A stretch of DNA of 64,000 nt. Origin: an uncultured Candidatus Saccharimonas sp. Its GTDB lineage: Bacteria > Patescibacteriota > Saccharimonadia > Saccharimonadales > AQU-01. A program made the translations under genes and the position numbers. The DNA lies in assembly GCA_943358095.1 (NCBI GenBank), contig CALRGT010000001.1:82842-146841 (forward strand), read 5' to 3'. This document shows, piece after piece, positions 45,984 through 56,175 of the stretch (position 1 is its first letter; every line of letters begins with the position of its first letter). The notes beneath the pieces were generated by a model. It saw only the letters and a program-made list of their open reading frames with translations. It searched no databases and was not told where the DNA came from.

Positions 45984-46595
45984 ATGGTAGAATATACGCT
46001 TATGAGTACCGGTGAGACCAACTTCGATTATGAATTATCCTTGCCAGAACAGAGGAACCTTCTTAGACATATGGCGAAAATCGCTATTGATTTATTAGGC
46101 GAGCCAAACCCCGAGTCTGCTCGTGATATCAAGGAGCGACGCCTAAGGGATGGTCAATTTGCCAGAATGACAAGAACCATAATCGAGGTTGATGATAATC
46201 CAGTTGGCATTCATAACGAAATGGATATTTTCGTTCCTGAGAGATTAGTTTATAAAGCTAGTGGTGAGGATGAAGAAGAGTTTTCCCCTGGTTATATGGA
46301 TGAGTCTGACGACGAAAGCACAGAAGATACCTTGAGATACGAAGGCCGCAGTTATACATTATCTACCGACCATTTTAGAAACACCATTTTTAAATCAGAG
46401 GGTATAGGCCAATTATGCGTTAATGCTTTTGGCGACTCTAGAATAGAAATATCAGAATATTATCAAAGCAGAGTAGATGTGGATTTCTCGCAATTAAGCG
46501 AAATCGATGAAATGGTATCTCCGTCATCTAAACCATTTGCTAGTGATTATTTAAGAGTTATCGATGCAACCAAGCTTTTAAGAGGAACTAAGTAG
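45984..46595 (+). CDS. Hypothetical acidic protein
   Basis: Uninterrupted ORF with an acidic stretch GEDEEEFSPGYMDESDDESTED. The start is possibly the ATG at 46002. Confidence 0.5.
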   Translation: MVEYTLMSTGETNFDYELSLPEQRNLLRHMAKIAIDLLGEPNPESARDIKERRLRDGQFARMTRTIIEVDDNPVGIHNEMDIFVPERLVYKASGEDEEEFSPGYMDESDDESTEDTLRYEGRSYTLSTDHFRNTIFKSEGIGQLCVNAFGDSRIEISEYYQSRVDVDFSQLSEIDEMVSPSSKPFASDYLRVIDATKLLRGTK

Positions 46596-46600
46596 ATAAT

Positions 46601-47125
46601 ATGGAAAATATGCCAGAAGATAATTACAGAAGCAACCACAGGCGCTTAATAAACGAGTGTGAAATAGCTATGAAAAAAGAGAAGATGAGCGGTCGCACAA
46701 CTAACCAATATACTACTAGTGATAGCGAGGAAGCGTGCTTTAGATTGGCTGACGACTTTGAGAGACTGCATCAACTACACAGTCAAACAAATGTACTTGA
46801 TGAGCTTGAGGGATTTGAAACTTCTGTGAAGCCTGACAATGATTTAATCCTAGAAAGCCCTTCAATAAATGTTGAATTTGATGACGTGATTTACGGCTTA
46901 GACATGCTAGGACCGGTAAAAGTGCAGTATTTAACTATCACGCCAGACGAAAACCCTACAAGATATAGCACTGAAGATGAGGAAGATACCTATGCCGGAC
47001 CACACCTGATCTTCACTTTCGAAATGCCAGAGAACAGCCACCTTGAATCGGCGATTTACCTTGGCTCAATCGCATTAAATACCGCCGTAGTATCCAATCA
47101 GCATAAGCCACGAATGATGAATTAG
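46601..47125 (+). CDS. Hypothetical acidic protein
   Basis: Uninterrupted ORF 5 nt after the previous stop; no recognisable motif. Confidence 0.5.
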   Translation: MENMPEDNYRSNHRRLINECEIAMKKEKMSGRTTNQYTTSDSEEACFRLADDFERLHQLHSQTNVLDELEGFETSVKPDNDLILESPSINVEFDDVIYGLDMLGPVKVQYLTITPDENPTRYSTEDEEDTYAGPHLIFTFEMPENSHLESAIYLGSIALNTAVVSNQHKPRMMN

Positions 47126-47285
47126 ACGTGGCTCTTGTAGGGCTAATCGTCATAATTATTTAGATTTTTGGGCATTTATCCACTAATTGCACTCTGAGCA
47201 AGAAGATTTCGTTGTGATATTAGGATACCATGTATTGAGCTTATGCATCCAATATGTGCTAGAATAAGTTCAGCAAACCCTATGT

Positions 47286-47314
47286 TTGACTTATAAAAAT
47301 TAAAGTGATATAAT
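47286..47314 (+). promoter_or_regulatory. Near-consensus sigma-70 promoter
   Basis: TTGACT, 17-nt spacer, TATAAT. Confidence 0.65.
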
Positions 47315-47338
47315 CTAGTTTAATACGCAGTTATTAAT

Positions 47339-48412
47339 GTGCTTATATCAGAGAAGGCGACGACTATGACAGACAAGACAGTGACTACTCAAACTTTAGA
47401 CATCGAAGCTATTATTAAAGACGTCCTAGCTACAATTGACCGAGAACGTGAGCGCGAGATTATAAGCCGCCGTTTTGGTCTATACGACCGCAAAGAAACC
47501 CTCGAACAGATAGGCGAGCTTCTTGGTATTACTAGAGAGCGCGTGCGTCAGCTAGAAAAGGCTGTTATGACTAAACTGCGTGCATCTGCTGAAAAAGATC
47601 TACCGCACATCAATCAAGTACAGGCTGAGTTTACCGAAGTACTATTATCAACAGGGAAGGTTGCTCGTATTAGCGAACTCGGCTCTCGCACAACAGATGA
47701 GAACAATCGCCTAGACCAAGCTCGTGTATCCTTCTTGGCACAACTTAGTCCTAAATTAGCAGTTATCGACGACAATGACCACTTCTTCTTGGCAGTAGGG
47801 CAGAAGAGCGAGCACGACGAGAAGTCAATCCGTAACCAAGTAGATAAAATTATCACAGCAATCAAAACAATCGGAGAACCGATAACTATTGATGTAATTG
47901 CCGATAAAGTTAGCGACAAGGATGTTAAGCACGTGCAGGCATTAGCTAGCATATCTAAAGACATAGCTACACTAAACAACCGTTGGGGACTTATCAAATG
48001 GCCAATGGTCAATCCAAAGAACATTCGCGACAAAATATATGTTATTTTGCACGAACATGGCAAACCACTCCACTTTAATGAAATCTCAAAGTCTATTAAA
48101 GATTCTAGCTTTAAGCGTAAAGATGTAACGACTCAGGCTATTCATAACGAGCTAATTAAAGACAAGCGCTTCGTACTAATCGGACGCGGCATATACGCTC
48201 TAAAAGAGTGGGGATACGACAAGGGTACAGTAGCTGATGTTATTGTTAAGGTTCTAAAAAAGGCCGGAGAACCACTTCACAGAGACGAAATCGTTAAGCG
48301 AGTTCTAAAAAGCCGCCACGTTAAAGAAACTACTATTCTGCTTAACCTACAAGGCAAGGCTCAGTTCAAGCGCGTTGCTAAAGCAACTTATACGATCGCC
48401 GACGCTAAGTAA
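47339..48412 (+). CDS. Sigma-70 region-4-like HTH protein with two C-terminal HARE-HTH-like domains
   Basis: ISRRFGLYDRKETLEQIGELLGITRERVRQLEKAVMTKLR (region 4). KIYVILHEHGKPLHFNEISKSI and VADVIVKVLKKAGEPLHRDEIVKRVL (HARE-HTH-like). The start is possibly the ATG at 47366. Confidence 0.7.
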   Translation: MLISEKATTMTDKTVTTQTLDIEAIIKDVLATIDREREREIISRRFGLYDRKETLEQIGELLGITRERVRQLEKAVMTKLRASAEKDLPHINQVQAEFTEVLLSTGKVARISELGSRTTDENNRLDQARVSFLAQLSPKLAVIDDNDHFFLAVGQKSEHDEKSIRNQVDKIITAIKTIGEPITIDVIADKVSDKDVKHVQALASISKDIATLNNRWGLIKWPMVNPKNIRDKIYVILHEHGKPLHFNEISKSIKDSSFKRKDVTTQAIHNELIKDKRFVLIGRGIYALKEWGYDKGTVADVIVKVLKKAGEPLHRDEIVKRVLKSRHVKETTILLNLQGKAQFKRVAKATYTIADAK

Positions 48413-48421
48413 CTAAATATC

Positions 48422-48976
48422 ATGTCAGAACTAGATCCAATTGAAAATCCTGACATATTAATACCAGACCGTGGTACTAGCTCATATATGGGCCTAGAGT
48501 ATGCTGACGGTGGAGAATTGCCAGTACCTGACAAATTACACCGCCTAGTTTTATGGGATGCTGTTAAGCTAAGTGAAAAGAATATTAAGAACTCTATAAA
48601 ACAGGGTGATTTAATAAAACATACATCCAGGTCGCTACGAAATGCCTACCCAGTGAATACTGATCACAACGTGATCGCCAAAAAATCATTGAGTGACTGC
48701 GTGATTGATGGACTAATAGATTACAATGAGTCAGACGATAAGATGTCTCCAGCTTACTACGATAATACATCTGGAAGCTATATTGGACCGTCTCGCGTAC
48801 AATCAAGAGAGTATAAAATAACACCTTTTGGACTATACATAGCTGCTGAAAGCGCTAGAAGAGTAGCAGTAGCCGAAGATACGCACGCTACTACTCGAAG
48901 ATCAGCATTGAACATACACAGAATAGCAGCCGGAAGACTCATTACCTCAGCCATGGAAGATCGATCCAACTCCTAA
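48422..48976 (+). CDS. Hypothetical protein
   Basis: Uninterrupted ORF 9 nt after the previous stop; no recognisable motif. Confidence 0.5.
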   Translation: MSELDPIENPDILIPDRGTSSYMGLEYADGGELPVPDKLHRLVLWDAVKLSEKNIKNSIKQGDLIKHTSRSLRNAYPVNTDHNVIAKKSLSDCVIDGLIDYNESDDKMSPAYYDNTSGSYIGPSRVQSREYKITPFGLYIAAESARRVAVAEDTHATTRRSALNIHRIAAGRLITSAMEDRSNS

Positions 48977-49696
48977 ACCAGCTCAAAAATAAAACGTACA
49001 AAATACGAACATCAAATTAGTAGACGGCAGCAATAGATAAAGCGCCATAATATGTAAATACACGCATTCTTTGTACTAACAGGCAATATAGCAAAAATTA
49101 TAAAATTCGTCATGAATTAGAAGAAAACAAACAGAACAAAGGATCGATACATGGGTCAAAGGCAAGCTATGCACAACGTCGCACAATGTATATTTTGCGA
49201 CTCTAATATAGTATATAGACTTGATAACTCATACGTCCCTAACAGGGAAGTTTTGTGCATAGTACTGCCATAAAGGTATAGTTATGATTCTAAATATAAG
49301 TTAACGCCGTGTCAGCGCCTTACTAATACGTGCATCACACTCTGCCGTTGGGGGCCATTATAATTTTTACGACGTCTCAATAGTTTTCCACAACGTGTAT
49401 ATTTGACTTTTTATCACTTCCATATTGTGTTATATGTTTTTGCTATCTCCCCCACTATCTCGTGTTTTTTCAATTATTTGACATATTTCATTTTCGTTAT
49501 GTTAGTATAGTTTTTTACATTTTCCACTATTATTTGAAATGTGTACATTTTACGAACATCAAGGGGAGAGTGGGGCAAAATAGATACTTTTAGACTATGT
49601 ATATAATTGTAATACATGCTGCTAACTTCTTGTGAATGATTGCTTCAGACCCCCTGACCAAGCCCCTCCCCTGTATACAAAAGAAAATATATTCTA

Positions 49697-50602
49697 TTAA
49701 CGGTAGAATGCCCTGTCTTCTATTCTGACATCCACATATTCAGCGGGTGTAGCACCGTCTTTGGCTAAACGCTTAGAGAGGGCTAGGAATGCGCCTGCCG
49801 AAGTTTTTGGGTCGTTCTGCATATCAAACTTTATATAGTAATTAAAGCCTTTTAGCTTTATCTGAACCTGGTTAATTATTGGGGGTAAGGTCACAGAAGA
49901 TACCTGCTTTTTATTTAGGTTCAACTGAGTAACCAAAACTGAGATAAAATCAACCTGTTGACTGGTGAGCACGCCTTTGCCGATCTCAACAGTCAGACTA
50001 CTTTCGTCGTTAACAATAGGCAGCTTAATGTTATCAAAACCAGTGATGCTTGAAGCTCTGGCCATGACTACGCCATTAGCATCCAGCACATACACTCCTT
50101 GCTGACTCGTCAATGCCATTGCAGGCTGTTTAGCGACAATACTTATCACAGGTTGATTACCAAATATAGGCAGATTAACAGAAACTTGGCCTAATTCAGG
50201 AAATTCAGCCATTATTTCGTTTTCAATATTCACAGTATTTATAGTTATCCTATCTCTGTTAAATATAGACCCTCCTAATATTCTCTCGGCAGACTTCTGA
50301 TAATCAGCTTTGTTTCTATAGAAAGAAAAATCACTTGTACCGTTAACGGATATTAGTTTTGGGGTTGTACTAAGAATGCTTAAATAGCCGACGGTCACTA
50401 AGATAATTAAGGCTATCACTTTTAGTGGCAATTTTCTGAGTAAAGGATACTTTTTCGATACTATACTTCTTGCAGGGTTGCGTACGGCCTGGGCATCTCG
50501 ACCGCCTAGCCGAGACGAATGAAAAGGTACATTACTGCTTGTTGTAACTTTTACTAATGGTGACCTTTCCCTGCCCACATGACGCTTCGATCTAAATTTC
50601 AT
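49697..50602 (-). CDS. ftsQ: Cell division protein FtsQ/DivIB-like
   Basis: Basic N-terminus, single TM, POTRA-like segment, last position in the dcw cluster. Confidence 0.7.
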   Translation of the reverse strand: MKFRSKRHVGRERSPLVKVTTSSNVPFHSSRLGGRDAQAVRNPARSIVSKKYPLLRKLPLKVIALIILVTVGYLSILSTTPKLISVNGTSDFSFYRNKADYQKSAERILGGSIFNRDRITINTVNIENEIMAEFPELGQVSVNLPIFGNQPVISIVAKQPAMALTSQQGVYVLDANGVVMARASSITGFDNIKLPIVNDESSLTVEIGKGVLTSQQVDFISVLVTQLNLNKKQVSSVTLPPIINQVQIKLKGFNYYIKFDMQNDPKTSAGAFLALSKRLAKDGATPAEYVDVRIEDRAFYR

Positions 50603-51764
50603 TTTTTGAAACTTTCAGGAGTATTTCCGCCAAATCTACTGCAGCATTAGGCATATTAAAACTATGTAGCTTTAAACCTAAATCATGCCTAGAGTTCTTG
50701 TTATCTAATAATTCTTTTACTACGAAGCGCAGCATAGATGGGTCTTTTGCGATTTGGTCCTCTGTGACTAATCTTATAGCCCCAGCGTCCGCTAAAAAAC
50801 TAGCATTCTTGGTTTGATGACCGCCAGTTAAATTAGGATTAGGTACGACAACGCATGCTTTTGACTGAGCTGCCATTTCTGCCATATGAGTAGCCCCTGC
50901 CCTAGAAATAACGACATCTGCGACGGCGCTATAGGCATGGAGTTCGGTCGTAAATCCTAGCACTTTAACTCTGTTTCTTAGCTCACTGGGTAAATTACTG
51001 TCGTAGTATTGCTCTACATCTTTTTCTTGAGTGCTTCCACTTACGTGAACGATGGCTAAATCTGGATATTCTTCTAATAGGTCTCTAGATATAAGCTGCA
51101 CTCCATTGTTTAGTCTTAACGCTCCAAGCCCACCACCTGTGACCAATATAACTTTGTCATACTTATCTAGACCAAGCTTCTTGCGATAACTACTTACGAG
51201 ATCCGCTGATAGCTTGGTGTAAAGCGCCGTAATCGGTACGCCAACGTATTTAATCTTTTCCTTGGGATATTTGTACAACTCAGCTGGCATAGCAACTGCG
51301 TGCACGCTTGCCCATTTTGCTATTAAACGATTAGCCAACCCTGGGATCGCATCAGAATCATGGGTCACATACGGTATATGCTTCATGGCGGCGGCTAGAC
51401 CTACTGGCAACCCAACGAATCCTCCTTTTATAAAAACAGCATCTGGTTTGATTTTAGCCAACAGGCTCATGCTCTGAACAAAACCCACCTTAACCTTAAT
51501 CATATCTCTAGCGTTTTTAAATGTAGTTGGCGCGTCTAGTAATTGCTTAATGCCCTCGCCGTGATAACGACGGAATTTGCCTGCGCTAATACTATATACT
51601 TTGTCTATAAAAGGAGAGCTTGCTGGCAGGTCTGCGAACTTGTCACCTTTTTGCCCAATATAAATCAACTTTATGTTCGGCTCGATCTTTTTTAATTGTT
51701 CAGCGACTGCCAGAATTGGGGTGATATGCCCCCCTGAGCCGCCGCCGACTAAAACTATCGTCAT
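50592..51764 (-). CDS. murG: UDP-N-acetylglucosamine--N-acetylmuramyl-(pentapeptide) pyrophosphoryl-undecaprenol GlcNAc transferase
   Basis: VLVGGGSGGHITP, GGGLGA and RAGATHMAE motifs. The ATG at 51764 is preceded by GGAAGGAAA; the ORF-track start is at 51785. Confidence 0.9.
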   Translation of the reverse strand: MTIVLVGGGSGGHITPILAVAEQLKKIEPNIKLIYIGQKGDKFADLPASSPFIDKVYSISAGKFRRYHGEGIKQLLDAPTTFKNARDMIKVKVGFVQSMSLLAKIKPDAVFIKGGFVGLPVGLAAAMKHIPYVTHDSDAIPGLANRLIAKWASVHAVAMPAELYKYPKEKIKYVGVPITALYTKLSADLVSSYRKKLGLDKYDKVILVTGGGLGALRLNNGVQLISRDLLEEYPDLAIVHVSGSTQEKDVEQYYDSNLPSELRNRVKVLGFTTELHAYSAVADVVISRAGATHMAEMAAQSKACVVVPNPNLTGGHQTKNASFLADAGAIRLVTEDQIAKDPSMLRFVVKELLDNKNSRHDLGLKLHSFNMPNAAVDLAEILLKVSKNEI

Positions 51765-52941
51765 TGCGATTTCCTTCCGAGTCATTATTGGTGATTAAGC
51801 CATATGTAGTATAGCGCGAAACTTGAAAGGCTATGCCTATTGCGGCGCTAACAAATATAATACTTGTCCCACCTGAACTGATAAAAGGCAGCGTTATACC
51901 TTTTAGCGGCAACAAACCTATCATCGCACCGATGTTTATTATTGTTTGTGTGCTAAGCCAAGCTAGAATCCCTGTAACTAGGAATCTACTGTATGTGTCC
52001 GTCGAATGTTCGATAATCTTTTTCAGCCTGCTAAAGAATGCAACAAAAAGTGCTATAAGTACCGTCGTGCCGACAAAGCCAAACTTCTCAGCAAATATAG
52101 CAAAAATTGAATCATTGGCAGCCTCTGGCAAATAACCATAGGCCTGAACGCTACGACCAAGACCCAATCCAAACATTCCGCCCGAACCTACAGATATTAA
52201 GGCTTGGCATGCTTGATAGCCAGTAGTTAGGCAATCCTGGTTTGGATTAAGATATGTATTGAGCCTTTCTCTTCTATACCCCGATCCTAGCACCAATACA
52301 ACCACCGCCACACCAACGACTCCTGCGATAACGGCTAATTTCTTAAGAGGTAGCCCGGCTACATATATCATTGTTCCCATTATCGCTATAATTACGCCTG
52401 TAGAACCTAGGTCGCTCTGCACTTTACCCACTACGATCGCTACCAATACGAGAGCAATAATTAGTGGTTTAAATGATTTTTGATAGTCATTAATTTCACC
52501 TGTTCTAATTCTGTCTGAAAGGAACCCTGCAATCCAAATAAGTAAAGCAAACTTAATTAGCTCTGCAGCCTGGAATGATATTCCGCCAACTTGTATCCAT
52601 CTATAGGCACCATTTACTCTTTCACCGATAACTCTAACGGCTAAAGACGCAATACCGGCCGTAATGATCAAAGGCCTTTCAATGTGCCTCCAGGTCTGAA
52701 TAGACATATTGGAAACAACTATAAAAGTGAACACGCCTAAAGCTATAGCTATCAATTGTTTACTGACATAGTAGTTTTCGGTAACGTGTTTTTGAACGCT
52801 TAATCCGGGACTTATGGCGTAGACAACAATTAGTCCAATCATCATTAAAACTATTGAAATAACTAAAAGCCAATAATCTGGATGATGTTTTCGTCTTTTT
52901 GCCTCACCAGAAGCTAATATTGGTCGGCGGCGAGGCCTCAT
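51700..52941 (-). CDS. ftsW: Lipid II flippase / SEDS protein FtsW
   Basis: About ten TM helices; LPEAANDSIFAIFAEKFG and LPLKGITLPFISSGGTS motifs. Confidence 0.88.
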   Translation of the reverse strand: MRPRRRPILASGEAKRRKHHPDYWLLVISIVLMMIGLIVVYAISPGLSVQKHVTENYYVSKQLIAIALGVFTFIVVSNMSIQTWRHIERPLIITAGIASLAVRVIGERVNGAYRWIQVGGISFQAAELIKFALLIWIAGFLSDRIRTGEINDYQKSFKPLIIALVLVAIVVGKVQSDLGSTGVIIAIMGTMIYVAGLPLKKLAVIAGVVGVAVVVLVLGSGYRRERLNTYLNPNQDCLTTGYQACQALISVGSGGMFGLGLGRSVQAYGYLPEAANDSIFAIFAEKFGFVGTTVLIALFVAFFSRLKKIIEHSTDTYSRFLVTGILAWLSTQTIINIGAMIGLLPLKGITLPFISSGGTSIIFVSAAIGIAFQVSRYTTYGLITNNDSEGNRNDDSFSRRRLRGAYHPNSGSR

Positions 52942-52943
52942 TA

Positions 52944-53993
52944 TTATATATACCTACCAATTATGAAGGCGGCTAAGCCTGCAACGGCAGCAACTTGTCC
53001 TATGACCCAAAATCTCATAGTAACCTTGGTTTCAGGCCATCCAGATGCCTCAAAATGATGATGTATTGGCGATATCTTAAATATTTTTTTGCCATTTCGT
53101 AATTTTTTCGATGCTACCTGTAAAATAACTGATCCTGCTTCTCCCACGAACACTATTCCAATAATTGGAAGTATTAGGGCTGTATCTGTTAATAAGGCCA
53201 CTACACCCAGGGCAGTTCCTAGTGCAAACGAACCTACGTCACCCATGAAGAAGCGGGCTGGATATATATTAAACCAGGTATACGACAACAAAGATCCTAC
53301 TATAGTCATACAAAATGCCGCGATACCGTATCTACCCTCTAGAAATGCGATTACAGTATAGGCGGAGAATGCGTTAACTGTTAAGCCGCCTGCTAGTCCA
53401 TCTAAGCCGTCAGATATATTTACGGCATTGGCTGTAGCAACAACTACTAAAACAAATAGTGGCACAATTAACCACCCGATAAATAGTTCAGCCGAGACAA
53501 ATGGTACGTGAATGGAGTCGACTCCTAATTTTACATAGAACCACAGCCCGCCTACTAATGCTATTGCTGTGATGAATCCTAGTTTAATTTTAGACGGCAA
53601 ACCAGCTACACCCTGTCCAGTTCCACGAATATTAATAAAATCGTCAATCAAACCTACGAGTCCTGCTCCTACAAATGCAGCTAAAGGCAGCCAAGTCTCT
53701 GATCTGCTCAAGTTCGTAACGACCGTAATAATCGTAACTGTAACTACAAAGATAATTCCCGCCATAGTAGGGATATTTCTCTTGTGCTTTTCGGCATGAA
53801 GACTATTAAAAACTTTGGCTACTTCACCAGTTATAGTGTTTTGACGCGCCTTCTTCCACCACTGTCGCTTATAAGCTAAGTTAGTGTAGAGCGGAGTTAA
53901 TAACATGCTCAGCGAAAATCCGAGACTTCCGAGAAGTAATATGCGTATTACAGATCCAGTATCAACAGCAAGTATCAGAGTTTGTGTATTCAT
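52944..53993 (-). CDS. mraY: Phospho-N-acetylmuramoyl-pentapeptide transferase
   Basis: IPTMAGI, GLIDDFINI, NAVNISDGLDGLA, FMGDVGS and PIHHHFE motifs. Confidence 0.92.
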   Translation of the reverse strand: MNTQTLILAVDTGSVIRILLLGSLGFSLSMLLTPLYTNLAYKRQWWKKARQNTITGEVAKVFNSLHAEKHKRNIPTMAGIIFVVTVTIITVVTNLSRSETWLPLAAFVGAGLVGLIDDFINIRGTGQGVAGLPSKIKLGFITAIALVGGLWFYVKLGVDSIHVPFVSAELFIGWLIVPLFVLVVVATANAVNISDGLDGLAGGLTVNAFSAYTVIAFLEGRYGIAAFCMTIVGSLLSYTWFNIYPARFFMGDVGSFALGTALGVVALLTDTALILPIIGIVFVGEAGSVILQVASKKLRNGKKIFKISPIHHHFEASGWPETKVTMRFWVIGQVAAVAGLAAFIIGRYI

Positions 53994-54033
53994 TTTATGC
54001 CTTTATATTTGTTTATACTTACCATTATATAAC

Positions 54034-55812
54034 CTATTGCCCTTTTGGTGTTACGCCAAAATTATCAATTAACATATTTGTTACATTGGAGAATATTGGG
54101 GCGGCAGCACGGGCACCAGCATAACCAGATATTTTTGGCTCATTAACACGCACTACTATAACGTACTGAGGCTTGTCCCCTCCAACAAATCCCGTAAACA
54201 TACCATTGAATTTATCGTCATAATAGCCACCTTCGGGCTTATGAATTTGTGCAGTACCAGTTTTTCCTCCAACGCCGTATTGAGTTCTTAGCACTGGCAT
54301 GCCATAAATATTGTGGTTTTTCTCGACCGTGTATTCCATTAGGTTCTGGATGATTCTTGATACTTCTGGCTTGACTACATCAGACCTAATCTTTTCTGAT
54401 TTCTTTGCTGTGAATACACCCGCTCCATCTGTTAAACCATCAACCAACCTTGGCTTATAATAACTGCCACCATTTAACACACTTGATATTGCAGCTGCTA
54501 ATTGCAAAGGAGTCATGGTAACTCCTTGCCCAAAAGCCGTGTTAGCATATTGAAGATTAAGACCAAAACCTTTAATTGGATCGGGCACCACTCCTTCAGA
54601 CTCGTAACCCTGCTCTATGCCCGTCAACCTGCCAAAACGATAATGATCAGCCATATAATCATGCCAAACAGTACGTGCCTTGATATTGATTTCTCCTCCG
54701 CCCATTTGCATTAACAACCAAGTAGCTCCTGTGTTTAGTGACAACTGGAGGATATCCGAAACGCTTCTTACTCCAGCCCCACCATCCTCTTCTATATTAG
54801 TAATCTTATAACCGTCAATATTGTAAAAACTTGGGTCATTGTATGTTGAATCTTTGCTTACTACCCCTTTGTCTAGTGCAGCAGCGGCAGTTAGCACCTT
54901 CATAACCGACCCAACCTCTAAAGGCGAGCTTACAGAATCGTTATTAAAAACGTTACCATCCTCAACCTTAAAGTATTCTGCAGGATTATAGGACGGAAAA
55001 TTTGCCATAGCTTTTATTGCACCATTATTCGGATCCATGACTATCACACTTCCAGACTTAGATTTAGCAGCATCTAATCCTGCTTTAAGTATATCCTCAA
55101 CTTGTTTTTGCATAGAAATATCCAGTGTCAGCAGTACTCTTTTACCTATTTTTGGCTCGGTAATAATATTGTCAGTATTTGTAACTAACGGCACTCCCTG
55201 AGCGTCAGTAATCGCCTTTAGCTCTCCTGGCACTCCCTTAAGATCATTTCCAAGAGCCTGCTCTATTCCATACTTGCCCTCACCATCTTCATTTACAAAT
55301 CCTAATAATTGGGCGGCTAGCTGTCCCTGAGGATATGTCCTATAAGACTCATCCCTTAGACCGATACCTTTATAATCAAGTTTAGATATTTTATCCTTTT
55401 GTTCTTTAGATAACTTTTTGGCTAATACTGAATACCTAGTCTTAAGCTTCATCTTCGTAACATAATCGTTAGCATTGCCTCCGATGATTTGCTGCAGTGC
55501 TATTCCTACCGAGTCGTGATTTGTAATAAATTTTGGATCTGCAAATAATGTAAATTTTGTCTCATTGAGCACTATGGGAATAGTATTTTTGCCTTCATGA
55601 GCAGAAATTATGCCTCTTTCAGCCTTAATCTCGTATTCCTTAAGTTGACCCTGTAAAGCTACCTTTTTATAATAGTCGTGTTTGATAATTTGTAGAAAGA
55701 AAAGCCTGATTATAAATACACCCATCACTAGCAGCAGAACGGCATACCAAAAACGAATACGTATAGTCGTAGACCTTATGTCGCTAGATATTTGCTTATG
55801 AGGTAACCGCAT
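54034..55812 (-). CDS. ftsI: Penicillin-binding protein 2x/FtsI-type transpeptidase
   Basis: N-terminal TM, dimerisation domain, SxxK (GSVMKVLTAAAAL), SLN, KTGTAQ. Confidence 0.88.
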   Translation of the reverse strand: MRLPHKQISSDIRSTTIRIRFWYAVLLLVMGVFIIRLFFLQIIKHDYYKKVALQGQLKEYEIKAERGIISAHEGKNTIPIVLNETKFTLFADPKFITNHDSVGIALQQIIGGNANDYVTKMKLKTRYSVLAKKLSKEQKDKISKLDYKGIGLRDESYRTYPQGQLAAQLLGFVNEDGEGKYGIEQALGNDLKGVPGELKAITDAQGVPLVTNTDNIITEPKIGKRVLLTLDISMQKQVEDILKAGLDAAKSKSGSVIVMDPNNGAIKAMANFPSYNPAEYFKVEDGNVFNNDSVSSPLEVGSVMKVLTAAAALDKGVVSKDSTYNDPSFYNIDGYKITNIEEDGGAGVRSVSDILQLSLNTGATWLLMQMGGGEINIKARTVWHDYMADHYRFGRLTGIEQGYESEGVVPDPIKGFGLNLQYANTAFGQGVTMTPLQLAAAISSVLNGGSYYKPRLVDGLTDGAGVFTAKKSEKIRSDVVKPEVSRIIQNLMEYTVEKNHNIYGMPVLRTQYGVGGKTGTAQIHKPEGGYYDDKFNGMFTGFVGGDKPQYVIVVRVNEPKISGYAGARAAAPIFSNVTNMLIDNFGVTPKGQ

Positions 55813-55827
55813 TAGTTATATTATAGA

Positions 55828-56175
55828 CTAGTTCGTGAGTGTTGCTGAAGGAGCTACAGATACTAAACTTGAAGCAACAGTACTGTTCTTGACTCGATCT
55901 AGAGCCTGCAATCTTGCTGAGGCTACTTCGAGTTGATCATGCTCTTGAGCTAATTTAGTCTGCTGTTCTCGTAAAAAATTAATTCTGTAACCGTATGTAT
56001 TTGCTTTTGTAACTTGTGTGAGATAAAGCAGCCCAAGCACACACATTAGAACTACTAGGATAATTGTGTTACTTATAGGACCCAACTTACTACGAGTGTT
56101 TTTATAACTTGTTGAATTCTGATTTCGCGGTGTAAATTGACGGCGACCTACTGCTAAAGAACTTGAATATGTCAT
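55828..56175 (-). CDS. ftsL: FtsL-like cell division protein
   Basis: Single TM followed by a coiled coil (LREQQTKLAQEHDQLEVASARLQALDRV); lies between rsmH and ftsI. Confidence 0.55.
   Translation of the reverse strand: MTYSSSLAVGRRQFTPRNQNSTSYKNTRSKLGPISNTIILVVLMCVLGLLYLTQVTKANTYGYRINFLREQQTKLAQEHDQLEVASARLQALDRVKNSTVASSLVSVAPSATLTN

Noticed and set aside
49590-49617. dif/Xer site candidates (ATGTAT-N9-ATACAT at ~49597-49617; TTATGTTAGTA at 49497-49507; CAATGTTAAAT at ~40866-40876)
   Set aside because: Only one arm resembles the XerD half-site in each case. The required inverted inner arms (CATAA-N6-TTATG geometry) are missing.
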